DNA of 64,000 nucleotides, taken from contig CBDFIQ010000001.1 in NCBI GenBank assembly GCA_965248195.1, positions 800,001 to 864,000 on the forward strand. Reading direction: 5' to 3'. Position 1 is the first letter of the stretch, and each line of letters starts with the position of its first letter. The DNA is from Longimicrobiales bacterium (lineage in GTDB: Bacteria; Gemmatimonadota; Gemmatimonadetes; Longimicrobiales; Gaopeijiaceae). The translations under genes and the position numbers were made by a program. Of this stretch, positions 55,705-64,000 are shown piece by piece. Below the pieces are notes generated by a model. It did no database searches, was not told where the DNA came from, and worked only from the letters and a program-made list of their open reading frames with translations.

Positions 55705-57501
55705 TCAGGTCGCGAGAGACGCGGTATGCGATCCCTCTTGGTTCCCCAGGGCAGTGATCGCGTCGACGACCCCCGTCACGGCGCCGTCTGCGTTCCGGAG
55801 GGGGGTCGAGATCACTTCGACCGGAAGAACGTTGCCGTCCTTGTCGAGCAGAGGTGCGTCGTATCGAGTGCGTTTCCGCTCCCGCCGGGCCGTCATCCGT
55901 GAATCGCCATCCTTCCAGTTCTCGGTGTCGAACAGCAGATCCTGGGCCTGCTTCCCGTCCAGATCCTCGGCGCGGTGCCCTGTCAGGTCGGTGATGCGCG
56001 AGTTCACGTACACGATGCGGTCGTTGAGGTCGGTGATGATCAGACCCTCACGAAGCGACTCGACCACCGACCGGAAGCGAGTCTCCGAATCGAGCAGGGA
56101 ACGCTCGGCTTCCCGGTCCTTCTGGCGGGCCGTGTTTTGGAGCGTGACGGATACACCCGTGGCTGAGGGATTGATATATAGGTCGAGCCACGGTCCGTCT
56201 TGTTCCAGCTGGCGGCGGAGCCGAGCGGGCCCCCCGCCACGGATCGCCTTGCGAACCTCTGCGACGATCGACGTGTCCTTGATGCCCTTCATGGCTTCCG
56301 CGAGGCCACGGCCTACAAGGGCGTTGCCCTCTACTCCGCGTTCATCGAGCCACCGAAGGGCGGCCGGATTGAGGAACGTGAAGCGAAGCTTCTCATCAAG
56401 ATGGATGAAACCATCGACGTTACTGGTCGCCGCGGGTGGCAGCCCCACGGGCACCTCCACCTCCACAGCGCTCGCGGCCGCCTCCGCTCGGCAGGTCTCC
56501 ACGATGAGCGACATGCGGTCTCCGATCGAGGCGGCAAAGATCCTCTCGCCTTGCGTCCAGGGGCGAGCCGAGTGATGGGCGATGACCAGCGCGCCGACCA
56601 CTTTCCCGCGGACCCGGATGGGGACGTCCAAGCGACTCGCGGCGTCGGGGCCTATCCTACCCTGGCCCAACAGGATATGGCCATCAGGGTCCATCTTGAC
56701 GTCCGAGCTCACCAACACGCGGACTTGGTCGAGCGTCTGGAGATACGGCCCTGTCTGCGGGACCGAGATCGAGGGTGCCGCCTCTTCCCTCCGTCTCGTT
56801 GTCGCGTAGTGCAAATGGTCGAGCCTCCACAGGGCGCGGTCCTCACTCAGAAACCAAAGCTCCCACCGGTCGCGCTTCCACGCGCCGCCTGCGAGTTCTG
56901 CGACCTCGCGCAGCACTGCCGCTTCATCCGCCTCGGCGCTGCCGCTCCTGCGAGCTAGCGTGAGTAGGATCTGGTCGAGTTCGTGGAGGTGGATCTCCTG
57001 GATTTGGTCAGTGAGGGCCACCTCCTTCTTGGGCGTAACCTCGACGAAATAAGCGACACGCCCACCCTTGAACGGTTTCTGCTGGATCACCTGACACGTG
57101 TGCTTGAGCCAGCGCTCCTCCCGCCCGTCCCTTGCGCGAACGAAGAACTCGAAGGGCACGGCCGTTGCGGCGGCCTCATACCCTGCCATTAGGCCGGCCT
57201 CAACCACCTCCGGCTCCTCGACCAGGTCCTTCAGCTCCTTGTGTACGAACTCCGAAATTTTGCGTCCGATCAACTTGCTGCGGGTCAGGCCGAAGAGATC
57301 ACAAAACGTGTTGTTGGCCCAGGTGATGCGAAGTGCGGGATCGAGGAGGAGCGTGCCGACCGGTGAATGGTCCAGGAGGACGTGGTCTCCGCCCCTAGGT
57401 GCGGCCCCTGTGGCGGCTCTCTTTGAGGTGCGAAGCAGGACCCACCCAGCGGTCAGAATCAAGGCGAACCCTGCAACAACAAAAACTGGTGTCATACTCA
57501 A
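55705..57501 (-). CDS. Membrane-anchored PAS/GAF sensor without evident output domain
   Basis: N-terminal TM, three PAS-like segments, one GAF (LDVPIRVRGKVVG). Confidence 0.82.
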   Translation of the reverse strand: MSMTPVFVVAGFALILTAGWVLLRTSKRAATGAAPRGGDHVLLDHSPVGTLLLDPALRITWANNTFCDLFGLTRSKLIGRKISEFVHKELKDLVEEPEVVEAGLMAGYEAAATAVPFEFFVRARDGREERWLKHTCQVIQQKPFKGGRVAYFVEVTPKKEVALTDQIQEIHLHELDQILLTLARRSGSAEADEAAVLREVAELAGGAWKRDRWELWFLSEDRALWRLDHLHYATTRRREEAAPSISVPQTGPYLQTLDQVRVLVSSDVKMDPDGHILLGQGRIGPDAASRLDVPIRVRGKVVGALVIAHHSARPWTQGERIFAASIGDRMSLIVETCRAEAAASAVEVEVPVGLPPAATSNVDGFIHLDEKLRFTFLNPAALRWLDERGVEGNALVGRGLAEAMKGIKDTSIVAEVRKAIRGGGPARLRRQLEQDGPWLDLYINPSATGVSVTLQNTARQKDREAERSLLDSETRFRSVVESLREGLIITDLNDRIVYVNSRITDLTGHRAEDLDGKQAQDLLFDTENWKDGDSRMTARRERKRTRYDAPLLDKDGNVLPVEVISTPLRNADGAVTGVVDAITALGNQEGSHTASLAT

Positions 57502-57682
57502 CCGGGTCGGCTCTGCCTCGAGCCGGCTTCCATTATTGGTATTCTCTTGTATGCACGCCCGGCCGACCTCCTTGCCGGTATTCGGGCAGGTACCTAACCT
57601 GGGCGACTTCCACGGATCAAATACTCCCCTTGCGCGGGCCCGTTACACTGGCCCCGCCGGGGACCTGAGAGCGGGTTGTCGC

Positions 57683-59266
57683 TTGCCAGTCCTCCTATCT
57701 AAAGAATGGCTCATCTGGGTAGCCGGTGTCCAGTTGTTCATGGTACAGTCGGCAACCGCAAAGGGCATGCCAGGGACCGGTCCTGCCGTCCCAGCCGCGC
57801 GGACCGAGCTGGGGCTGGGACAGGCGCCCCAGCAAACGCCCGAGGCGTTGGTGGTGCTGGCGGCATCGAGCCTCCAGGACGTGTTGCCCGATGTGGCCCG
57901 AGCCTGGCGTACCGCGGGAGGCGTACCCGTGCGCTTCAGCTTCGACGCGACCTCCCGGCTGGCGCCGCAGATTCTCAGGGGTGCTCCGGCGGATGTCTTC
58001 ATATCGGCCGACGACGTATGGATGCAGTGGCTCGATGAGCGGGGTGGCGTGGAGCGTGCGTCCATCCGACCTGTGGCGACGAATCAGCTCGTCTTCGTGG
58101 TGCCTAGAGGTGCGTCTGATCCGCCCGGAGACCCCGGTTCGGTGGCGGGCGCCGATCTCGCTCGGATCGCACTGGCCGGAGAGAATGTCCCGGCGGGCCG
58201 CTACGCGAGGGCGGCCCTCGAGAGCGTAGGGGCCTGGAGCTCGGTCGAGCCGCGCGTAATTCGTGGCGGCAGTGTGCGCGGGACCCTCGAATGGGTGGCC
58301 AGGGCCGAGGCGGACGGCGGCATCGTGTACCGGACTGATGCGTTGGCGGAGGACCGTGTGAGCCTGGCGTTCGCGTTCGAGGGGGAGGACTATCCCGCGC
58401 CGACGTACCCGGGGGCCGTAACCACTTGGACCGAGCACCGTGAAGCCGCGGAGGCCTTCCTCGACTTCATGAGTGGCGCGGAGGCCGTGGCCGTGCTTTC
58501 CGCGGCGGGTTTTGGGCCAGCCACCGACGGAGCGGAGAGGACGCAGGTGGCTTCGTCCACTTTGGAGACGTCGGCTGTGTTGGATCCGTGGTCGGCGGTC
58601 CGACTGTCACTCATTGTCGCGTTCAGCGCTGTTCTCTTGGGCTTGGTTCCGGCGGTCGCCATGGGGTGGGTTCTGGCCCGCCGTGACTTCCTGGGGAAGA
58701 GCTTCGTCTCGATGATCGTCATGGCCCCGTTGGTGGTGCCGCCCGTGGTAACCGGCTTCCTGCTCCTGAGCTTGCTGGGCCGGGAGTCCGCCCTCGGCGG
58801 GTTGCTCGCTGCGATGGGCCTACCGATTCCGTTCACGCTCTTGGGGGCGACGTTGGCTGCGCTGGTCGTGGGTTTTCCTCTTTACGTGATGGCGATCCGG
58901 GCAGTGTTCGATACCGTGGACCGGCGTTTCGAGGAGGTCTCCTGGACGCTTGGAGTCCCGAAGGCACCTACGTTCCGGCGTATTTCCCTGCCGTTGGCTC
59001 TTCCCGGCATCGCGGCGGGGGCCGTTCTCGCCTTCGCCCGGTCGTTGGGGGAGTTCGGTGCGACCGTGGTGCTCGCTGGAAACATGGAGGGCGAAACCCG
59101 CACCATCGCCCTCGCGGTCTACTCATTATTAGAGTCGCCCTCGGGCCAGGGTGCCACCTGGATTCTGGTGATCGCCAGCGTGATGCTTTCCCTCGGGGCC
59201 CTCCTCGGGTTCGAGGGGCTGTCGAGATGGCAGCGCCGCCGAATGGAAGACCACCATGGCCACTGA
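57683..59266 (+). CDS. modB: Fused molybdate-binding protein/permease (ModA-ModB); start uncertain
   Basis: AASSL, ADVFISAD, VPAGRYA then PLVVPPVVTG, FARSLGEFGAT in one frame. Confidence 0.88.
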   Translation: MPVLLSKEWLIWVAGVQLFMVQSATAKGMPGTGPAVPAARTELGLGQAPQQTPEALVVLAASSLQDVLPDVARAWRTAGGVPVRFSFDATSRLAPQILRGAPADVFISADDVWMQWLDERGGVERASIRPVATNQLVFVVPRGASDPPGDPGSVAGADLARIALAGENVPAGRYARAALESVGAWSSVEPRVIRGGSVRGTLEWVARAEADGGIVYRTDALAEDRVSLAFAFEGEDYPAPTYPGAVTTWTEHREAAEAFLDFMSGAEAVAVLSAAGFGPATDGAERTQVASSTLETSAVLDPWSAVRLSLIVAFSAVLLGLVPAVAMGWVLARRDFLGKSFVSMIVMAPLVVPPVVTGFLLLSLLGRESALGGLLAAMGLPIPFTLLGATLAALVVGFPLYVMAIRAVFDTVDRRFEEVSWTLGVPKAPTFRRISLPLALPGIAAGAVLAFARSLGEFGATVVLAGNMEGETRTIALAVYSLLESPSGQGATWILVIASVMLSLGALLGFEGLSRWQRRRMEDHHGH

Positions 59267-59951
59267 GGGGGGCATCCACGCCACCGAAGGGAGCGCGATG
59301 GGCGCTGAAGGGTGGGGGCTTCATGTTCGGGTGCGTGTTCCGCTGGACGCCATCGACCTCGACGTCGACTGGCGGCCCGAGCGGGATCGCGTCGCGATCC
59401 TAGGTCCGTCGGGGTCGGGAAAGAGTACCCTCCTGCGGGCGTTGGCCGGACTCGAACCCAGCGCGGAGGGCCGCGTGGGCTTCGGTGACGAGGTCTGGCT
59501 AGACTCCGACTCCGGGGTCAACATGCCCGCATGGGAGCGGAGGGTCGGGTGGGTGCCGCAGGACGCCCTGCTTTTTCCCCACCTCTCACTCAGAGAAAAT
59601 CTCGCCTACGCCGGGGCCGGTGAGTCCGAGGTCGAGAGAATGGCCGAATCATTGTTTCTCTCCGACTTGCTCGACCGGCGTCCCCGGTTTCTCTCCGGAG
59701 GCGAACGCCAGAGGGTGGCCTTGGGCCGGGCTCTTCTCTCGGCCCCAAGGATGTTGCTTCTCGACGAGCCATTCTCGGCGCTCGACCGACCCCTCCGCGG
59801 GGAGATCGCCGCCATGGTACGAGCATTCGCCCGTGACAGCGGGACACCCATCGTTCTCGTGAGCCACGACGAGCATGACGCCACGCTCCTGGCCGACGAG
59901 CGTTGGGTGCTCGTCGCGGGCAGCCTTACCGCGGACGGAGCCTCGCTGTAG
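59256..59951 (+). CDS. modC: Molybdate ABC transporter ATPase
   Basis: GPSGSGKS, LSGGERQRVALGRA, LLLDEP. Confidence 0.9.
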   Translation: MATEGGIHATEGSAMGAEGWGLHVRVRVPLDAIDLDVDWRPERDRVAILGPSGSGKSTLLRALAGLEPSAEGRVGFGDEVWLDSDSGVNMPAWERRVGWVPQDALLFPHLSLRENLAYAGAGESEVERMAESLFLSDLLDRRPRFLSGGERQRVALGRALLSAPRMLLLDEPFSALDRPLRGEIAAMVRAFARDSGTPIVLVSHDEHDATLLADERWVLVAGSLTADGASL

Positions 59952-60078
59952 CCCGACGGTTCGTGGAAAGTCATGATGGACTTGGGGAATCCCACGGGGT
60001 AGCGACCCGGGCCGGTGCAAGCGTCAGACCGTGCCTTGGCGGTGGAGCGGGTTGGAGGCCGGCTTTGAAACCCGTGGA

Positions 60079-60862
60079 TTATTCGGGATTGTCACTGGGG
60101 CCGGAGGCACGGGAGTCGGGATCACCCGAGTCGGGGTCACCGGACTCGTCCGACTTCACCGTAGCGTCCTCGACGCTCTCCAACATCTCGTTCATCAACG
60201 ATCTCATCGCCTCATCCACAAACCCCTGCAAATCTTCATCTGACAGATCCCAGAGCCCGTCGTCGCAGTCCACCAAGAACGTATCCGTGTCCCCCTCGGC
60301 CCCGAAGGCCAAGACCGGCTTGCCGCCTTCCGCCTCGAGCCACAGCGTCCAACGCACAGCGTTCCGAGGGTCGGTCCAGTGGCGATCGCTCTCATTCCCG
60401 AACTTCTTCCTCATCCGATCCCGCCACGAGATTTTTCGCCGCTTCCCGCGCCTTGGTGGACGCCGGTAGTGCGCAAGCTTCGACTTGGAATACGAACGGA
60501 TCGGGCTATCCGAGGCTGCTTTTTCGATGGCCTCGAGGAGCTCCTGGGGGTCAATGGGCTTGCTGAGCGCCGCGCAGGCACCCTTGTTCTCCGCCGTAGC
60601 GAGCAGCGCAGGGCCTTTGGCGGAAACGGCAATGATCGGCGCGTCCGGGAACAACGCTTTCAACGCCACGATGAATTCAATACCACCGACGTGAGGCATG
60701 AGAAGATCTGTGACGACGACGTCGATGCTCTTTTCTCATGTAGATCTTGAAGGCTTGTTCGCCATTCGAGGCGAAATAGGCCACGTGACCCTTTCCCTGG
60801 ACGATGGTTGCCAAGGCCAACCGATCCGTCTGTTCGTCTTCGACGATGAGCACACGTGCCAT
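60079..60862 (-). pseudogene. Response-regulator receiver gene with frameshift
   Basis: MARVLIVEDE...YMRK then SIDVVVTDLLMP...SKPID in another frame (extra A near 60733). Confidence 0.75.
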
Positions 60863-61404
60863 GATACCAAATCCCTACTCCGGCCGCTGGGGGGGAGCGG
60901 ATTGGTGAGTGTGCTGCCGTAGGACATGTGCCAGGGATTATAAACCGCGGGCAAGCTTTTCGTTCGTCGGCTATCTCGGGCCTATAGCCCCCCGACCTTT
61001 CCAGCTCGTCCGCCAGCTCCGGCGCCAAGGGGGGGTGCGGCGCCGAAGGGGGGGTGTCCGGATTTTCCCGCAAGCAAGAAGGCTAAGGGTTAGAAGGGTT
61101 AGGAGGAGGCACGAGGGGCTGAGGTCGTGCTTCTTCTGCGGGAGGCCCAATCCGAGCGTCGAGGGGCTCGCCTCTGGTTCGGTGGAGCGATAGCCGTCTA
61201 TCTCGTCGCGGCGGGTGTCGTCGGCTTCCTGGTATGGCGCAGCTTCCACGGGGCAGCCCGCGCCTAACGAAGCCCCATCCATCATCCGGGCAACGCGGTC
61301 CACGGATAAGGTCAACATCCTGGTAGGCCGGGAGGGCGTGGCAGGGGCGGGTGTCCGGACAACCTGTGGGCGTCGGGCTTTACGTCAGCATATGGCGCAA
61401 ACAG

Positions 61405-61480
61405 CCCGACGGTACCTTCGGCCTAGCCTGACGGTACCCTTCGGCCTAACCCGACGGTGCCCTTCGGTTTAGCCCGACCG
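61405..61480. repeat. Short tandem repeat, ~22-23 bp x3
   Basis: CCGACGGTACC(C)TTCGGCCTA variants. Confidence 0.7.
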
Positions 61481-62446
61481 AGGCCCTGAGACCTCCGGGA
61501 CCACCACCAGGAGTGCCTGAGGCACCGCCTCGATGATCACCTCGGCACCCTCGGCCTGCCAGAGCTCCCCGTCGACCTCGTATTTCGGTGGCGTGGAAAA
61601 GCGCACCGAGAAGCGGGCGCTTTGGCGCATCTGGACATGCGGAGATTGCACGTGCCGCCCCTTGGGGGCCGCGTTGAAGAGACGCCACCGTTTGAATGCC
61701 GGCGTGTTACCGATAACACACGCGTCCAACCGCCCGTCGTCGAGTTGGGCCTCCGGAGCGATCAGGAAGCCGCCACCGAAAAAAGGCGCGTTCGAGATGG
61801 TGAGCATGAGCTGCTCACCGTCCACCGTAGGTCCATCACCCTCGAGCACCAACGGGACGCCGGAATAGGAAAAGAGGTTCTTCAGGGCGGTCACCTTGTA
61901 CAGCAGCTCACCCCGCAGGAATCGGGCGCCTAATGTGTCTTCGATGACGGCTACATCGAATCCGAATCCTACCAAATTGAGAAAGTTGCGACCCCTCGAT
62001 GTCCGATGTGGGCCCGCCTGTGCCCTCAGCGGGGTCCCTCCGGTGATGACCCTGCCCACGTCGACGCAGCGGACGACTCCCCTCGCCAGGGTCCGGACGG
62101 CGATCTCGGGATTACGCATCGACACGCCGAAATTGCGTCCGAAATCGTTGCCCGTGCCGGAAGCGAGAAGGCCCAGCGCCACGTTCGCCTTGCCCGAATC
62201 CACGATCCGGTCGGCGATGTTACTCCACGTCCCGTCCCCGCCCACCGCGACGATGAGGTTGAACCCCTCGGCGATCGCCCGCTCCGCGAGGACAATTTCT
62301 TCGCCGGCCCGTGAAGTGGCCGCGTGCATGAAGCCCGGAATGTGTTTCTCGAGCAACGAGAGGAATCGCTTGATTCTTCGCGCACCACGGCCGCGCCCCG
62401 AGGCCGGATTGAAGATTACGAAGACACGACGCCCATTACTGTGCAC
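61469..62446 (-). CDS. Diacylglycerol/sphingosine kinase family lipid kinase
   Basis: NPASG, GGDGT, GTGNDF, VDGE. Confidence 0.93.
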   Translation of the reverse strand: MHSNGRRVFVIFNPASGRGRGARRIKRFLSLLEKHIPGFMHAATSRAGEEIVLAERAIAEGFNLIVAVGGDGTWSNIADRIVDSGKANVALGLLASGTGNDFGRNFGVSMRNPEIAVRTLARGVVRCVDVGRVITGGTPLRAQAGPHRTSRGRNFLNLVGFGFDVAVIEDTLGARFLRGELLYKVTALKNLFSYSGVPLVLEGDGPTVDGEQLMLTISNAPFFGGGFLIAPEAQLDDGRLDACVIGNTPAFKRWRLFNAAPKGRHVQSPHVQMRQSARFSVRFSTPPKYEVDGELWQAEGAEVIIEAVPQALLVVVPEVSGPRSG

Positions 62447-62453
62447 GGTCTTT

Positions 62454-63125
62454 TTAGAGTGCTTCGAGCGGAGCGAAGACCTCCACGCCCTTCTTCATCC
62501 ACTGCTCCCGAAAGGGCGCGTCCGCGATCTCGTCTATGGTCAGCCCGTCTGTCATCTCGTGGGGATGGATGACGAGTGAGCCTCTCTCGAACTCGTGTTC
62601 ACTGTAGCTTTCGCCCCTCATGGTGATGTCCGACTTATAGAGCCTTCCGGCGTCGGACACGAAGGTGTGAAAGAGCAATTCCGCTGGCTCGAAACGGTGG
62701 CTCGTGCCCGTGAGCTCGAGGATCGGCTCCCCATCGGCGCTCGCCGCAGCGCAAATCTGACCCTGGGCCTCGGCGAAGGTGACCACGACGTCCCGCTTGA
62801 GGTGCGGCAGCTTCCAGCGCGCGACCCCTTCCCTGCGGCCCTTCTCCGTACTCGTGGCTATGACGAAGGGGAAAAGGGCGGCCTTCGGTAGCGGGTCCCC
62901 GGGCTTCACGAGTGGCGGCACGAGGACAGCGAGCACCAGCTCTTGGTATACGCCTCCGTCACCCTCGTAGAAATCGAAGACAGTGACGGAGAGAACGCTG
63001 CGCTCGTGCTGGACCTCGAGGGGTTGGAGGCACGATGGGACCAGCCGCCGCGCGTCGGACGTCGGCATCTCGAAGAGACAACTCAGCCCGTGGTTGAAGT
63101 AATAGTGCCCTCGGTCGTCGGGCAT
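62454..63125 (-). CDS. Acetoacetate decarboxylase-like protein
   Basis: YQELVLAV, GRREGVARWKLP. Confidence 0.65.
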   Translation of the reverse strand: MPDDRGHYYFNHGLSCLFEMPTSDARRLVPSCLQPLEVQHERSVLSVTVFDFYEGDGGVYQELVLAVLVPPLVKPGDPLPKAALFPFVIATSTEKGRREGVARWKLPHLKRDVVVTFAEAQGQICAAASADGEPILELTGTSHRFEPAELLFHTFVSDAGRLYKSDITMRGESYSEHEFERGSLVIHPHEMTDGLTIDEIADAPFREQWMKKGVEVFAPLEAL

Positions 63126-64000
63126 ATGCCATACCTTTGCAGTACGCTTGTGATGATCCCAACTCCCTCCTCCAGCTCCTCCCGGGAGTGGGCGGCGGAG
63201 ATCGACATCCGGAAGCGGGACCGGTGCTTCGGCACGGCGGGATACTTAACTGGGTTCAGATAGATCCCTTCATTCATGAGCGCCTCGCCGATCTCGAAGA
63301 TTCGCGCGTCGTCCCGTATCATGATCGGAATCACTTGCGACTCGGAGTCTCCTACTGAGACGCCGGCCTCGCGAAGGCGCTTCTGCATGAACTCGACGTT
63401 GTCCCAGAGCTTGGTCCTCAACTCGGGCTCGGCCAAGAAGATCTCGAGGGCCCTCAGGATCCCTGCGGTCACCACCGGAGATATCCCGCAAGAGAAGGTT
63501 CGGGACCGGGAGAATCCGCGGAGGTAATTGATCAACTTGTGAGACCCGGCGACGAATCCGCCCTGGCCACCGAGGCTCTTGGAGAAGGTACCGACGTGCA
63601 TGTCGATCTCGTCCTCATACCCGAAGTGCTCGGCCACGCCACGACCGTTCTCTCCGTAAATGAAGGTCGAGTGAGCCTCGTCGATCAGGATCCGCGCTCC
63701 ATAGCGTTGACAGACCTCCACGATGTCGGGTACGAGCGCAACGTCGCCGTCCATCGAGTAGACGCCCTCGATGAGGACCAGCTTCTTGCCCTCGTAACGC
63801 TTCAGCTTGCGCTCGAGGTCATCGACCTTGTTGTGCCTGAAGAAGCGGCTGTTCGCCTTCGAAAGGATCATGCCGTCGACCAGGCTGGCGTGCGCGTACT
63901 GGTCGGCGACAATGAGATCGCCCGAGCGCATGAGCCCGGCGATGACCCCTACGTTCACACTGTAGCCCGTAGGGAAGAGCAGGACGGCCTCCTTGCCCTT
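63083..64000 (-). CDS. PLP-dependent alpha-oxoamine synthase (BioF/Kbl/SPT family), 5' end off window
   Basis: HASLVDG, EGVYSMDGD, DEAHS, GTFSKSLG. Confidence 0.92.
   Translation of the reverse strand, partial: KGKEAVLLFPTGYSVNVGVIAGLMRSGDLIVADQYAHASLVDGMILSKANSRFFRHNKVDDLERKLKRYEGKKLVLIEGVYSMDGDVALVPDIVEVCQRYGARILIDEAHSTFIYGENGRGVAEHFGYEDEIDMHVGTFSKSLGGQGGFVAGSHKLINYLRGFSRSRTFSCGISPVVTAGILRALEIFLAEPELRTKLWDNVEFMQKRLREAGVSVGDSESQVIPIMIRDDARIFEIGEALMNEGIYLNPVKYPAVPKHRSRFRMSISAAHSREELEEGVGIITSVLQRYGICPTTEGTITSTTG

Noticed and set aside
13238..60862. Single-base frameshifts (DUF2513-like, 19160 remnant, TYW3-like, receiver) as programmed recoding
   Set aside because: They sit in short homopolymers without proper slippery context; decay or sequencing error cannot be separated without reads
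61405..61480. Mini-CRISPR
   Set aside because: Direct tandem units with no spacers

Overview
High-GC bacterial chromosome window (DnaA and gene context are reminiscent of Gemmatimonadota, unverified) starting at the replication origin (rpmH-dnaA-oriC-dnaN). About 4 kb from oriC a ~47.5 kb lambda-like (cos-type, siphovirus) prophage (5725-53255) is inserted inside a host outer-membrane 'transporter' gene through a 7-bp core CCACTTC; removing the prophage restores the reading frame exactly. The prophage carries int/xis, RecE/RecT-like genes, an initiator tRNA, a cI/cro switch, lysis, tail, head and packaging genes. It shows decay in its replication arm (IS256 in the initiator gene, a nonsense codon, truncated HNH and methylases). 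The most unusual signal is an accessory array downstream of cI in which cargo genes (membrane proteins, a lipoprotein, HigBA, a SocA/Panacea antitoxin) are separated by five orphan copies of S24-repressor 3' ends, mirrored on the cro side by repeated cro 3' ends and a tandem gene accordion. Also notable: a 205-bp inverted duplicate of the cos-proximal genome end, and small cargo cassettes bounded by GGTAGTG ends resembling the resident IS256 IR. The right part of the window holds host metabolic genes (pyrE, a modAB fusion, modC, lipid-related genes). All family assignments are from motif recognition by eye, not database searches.
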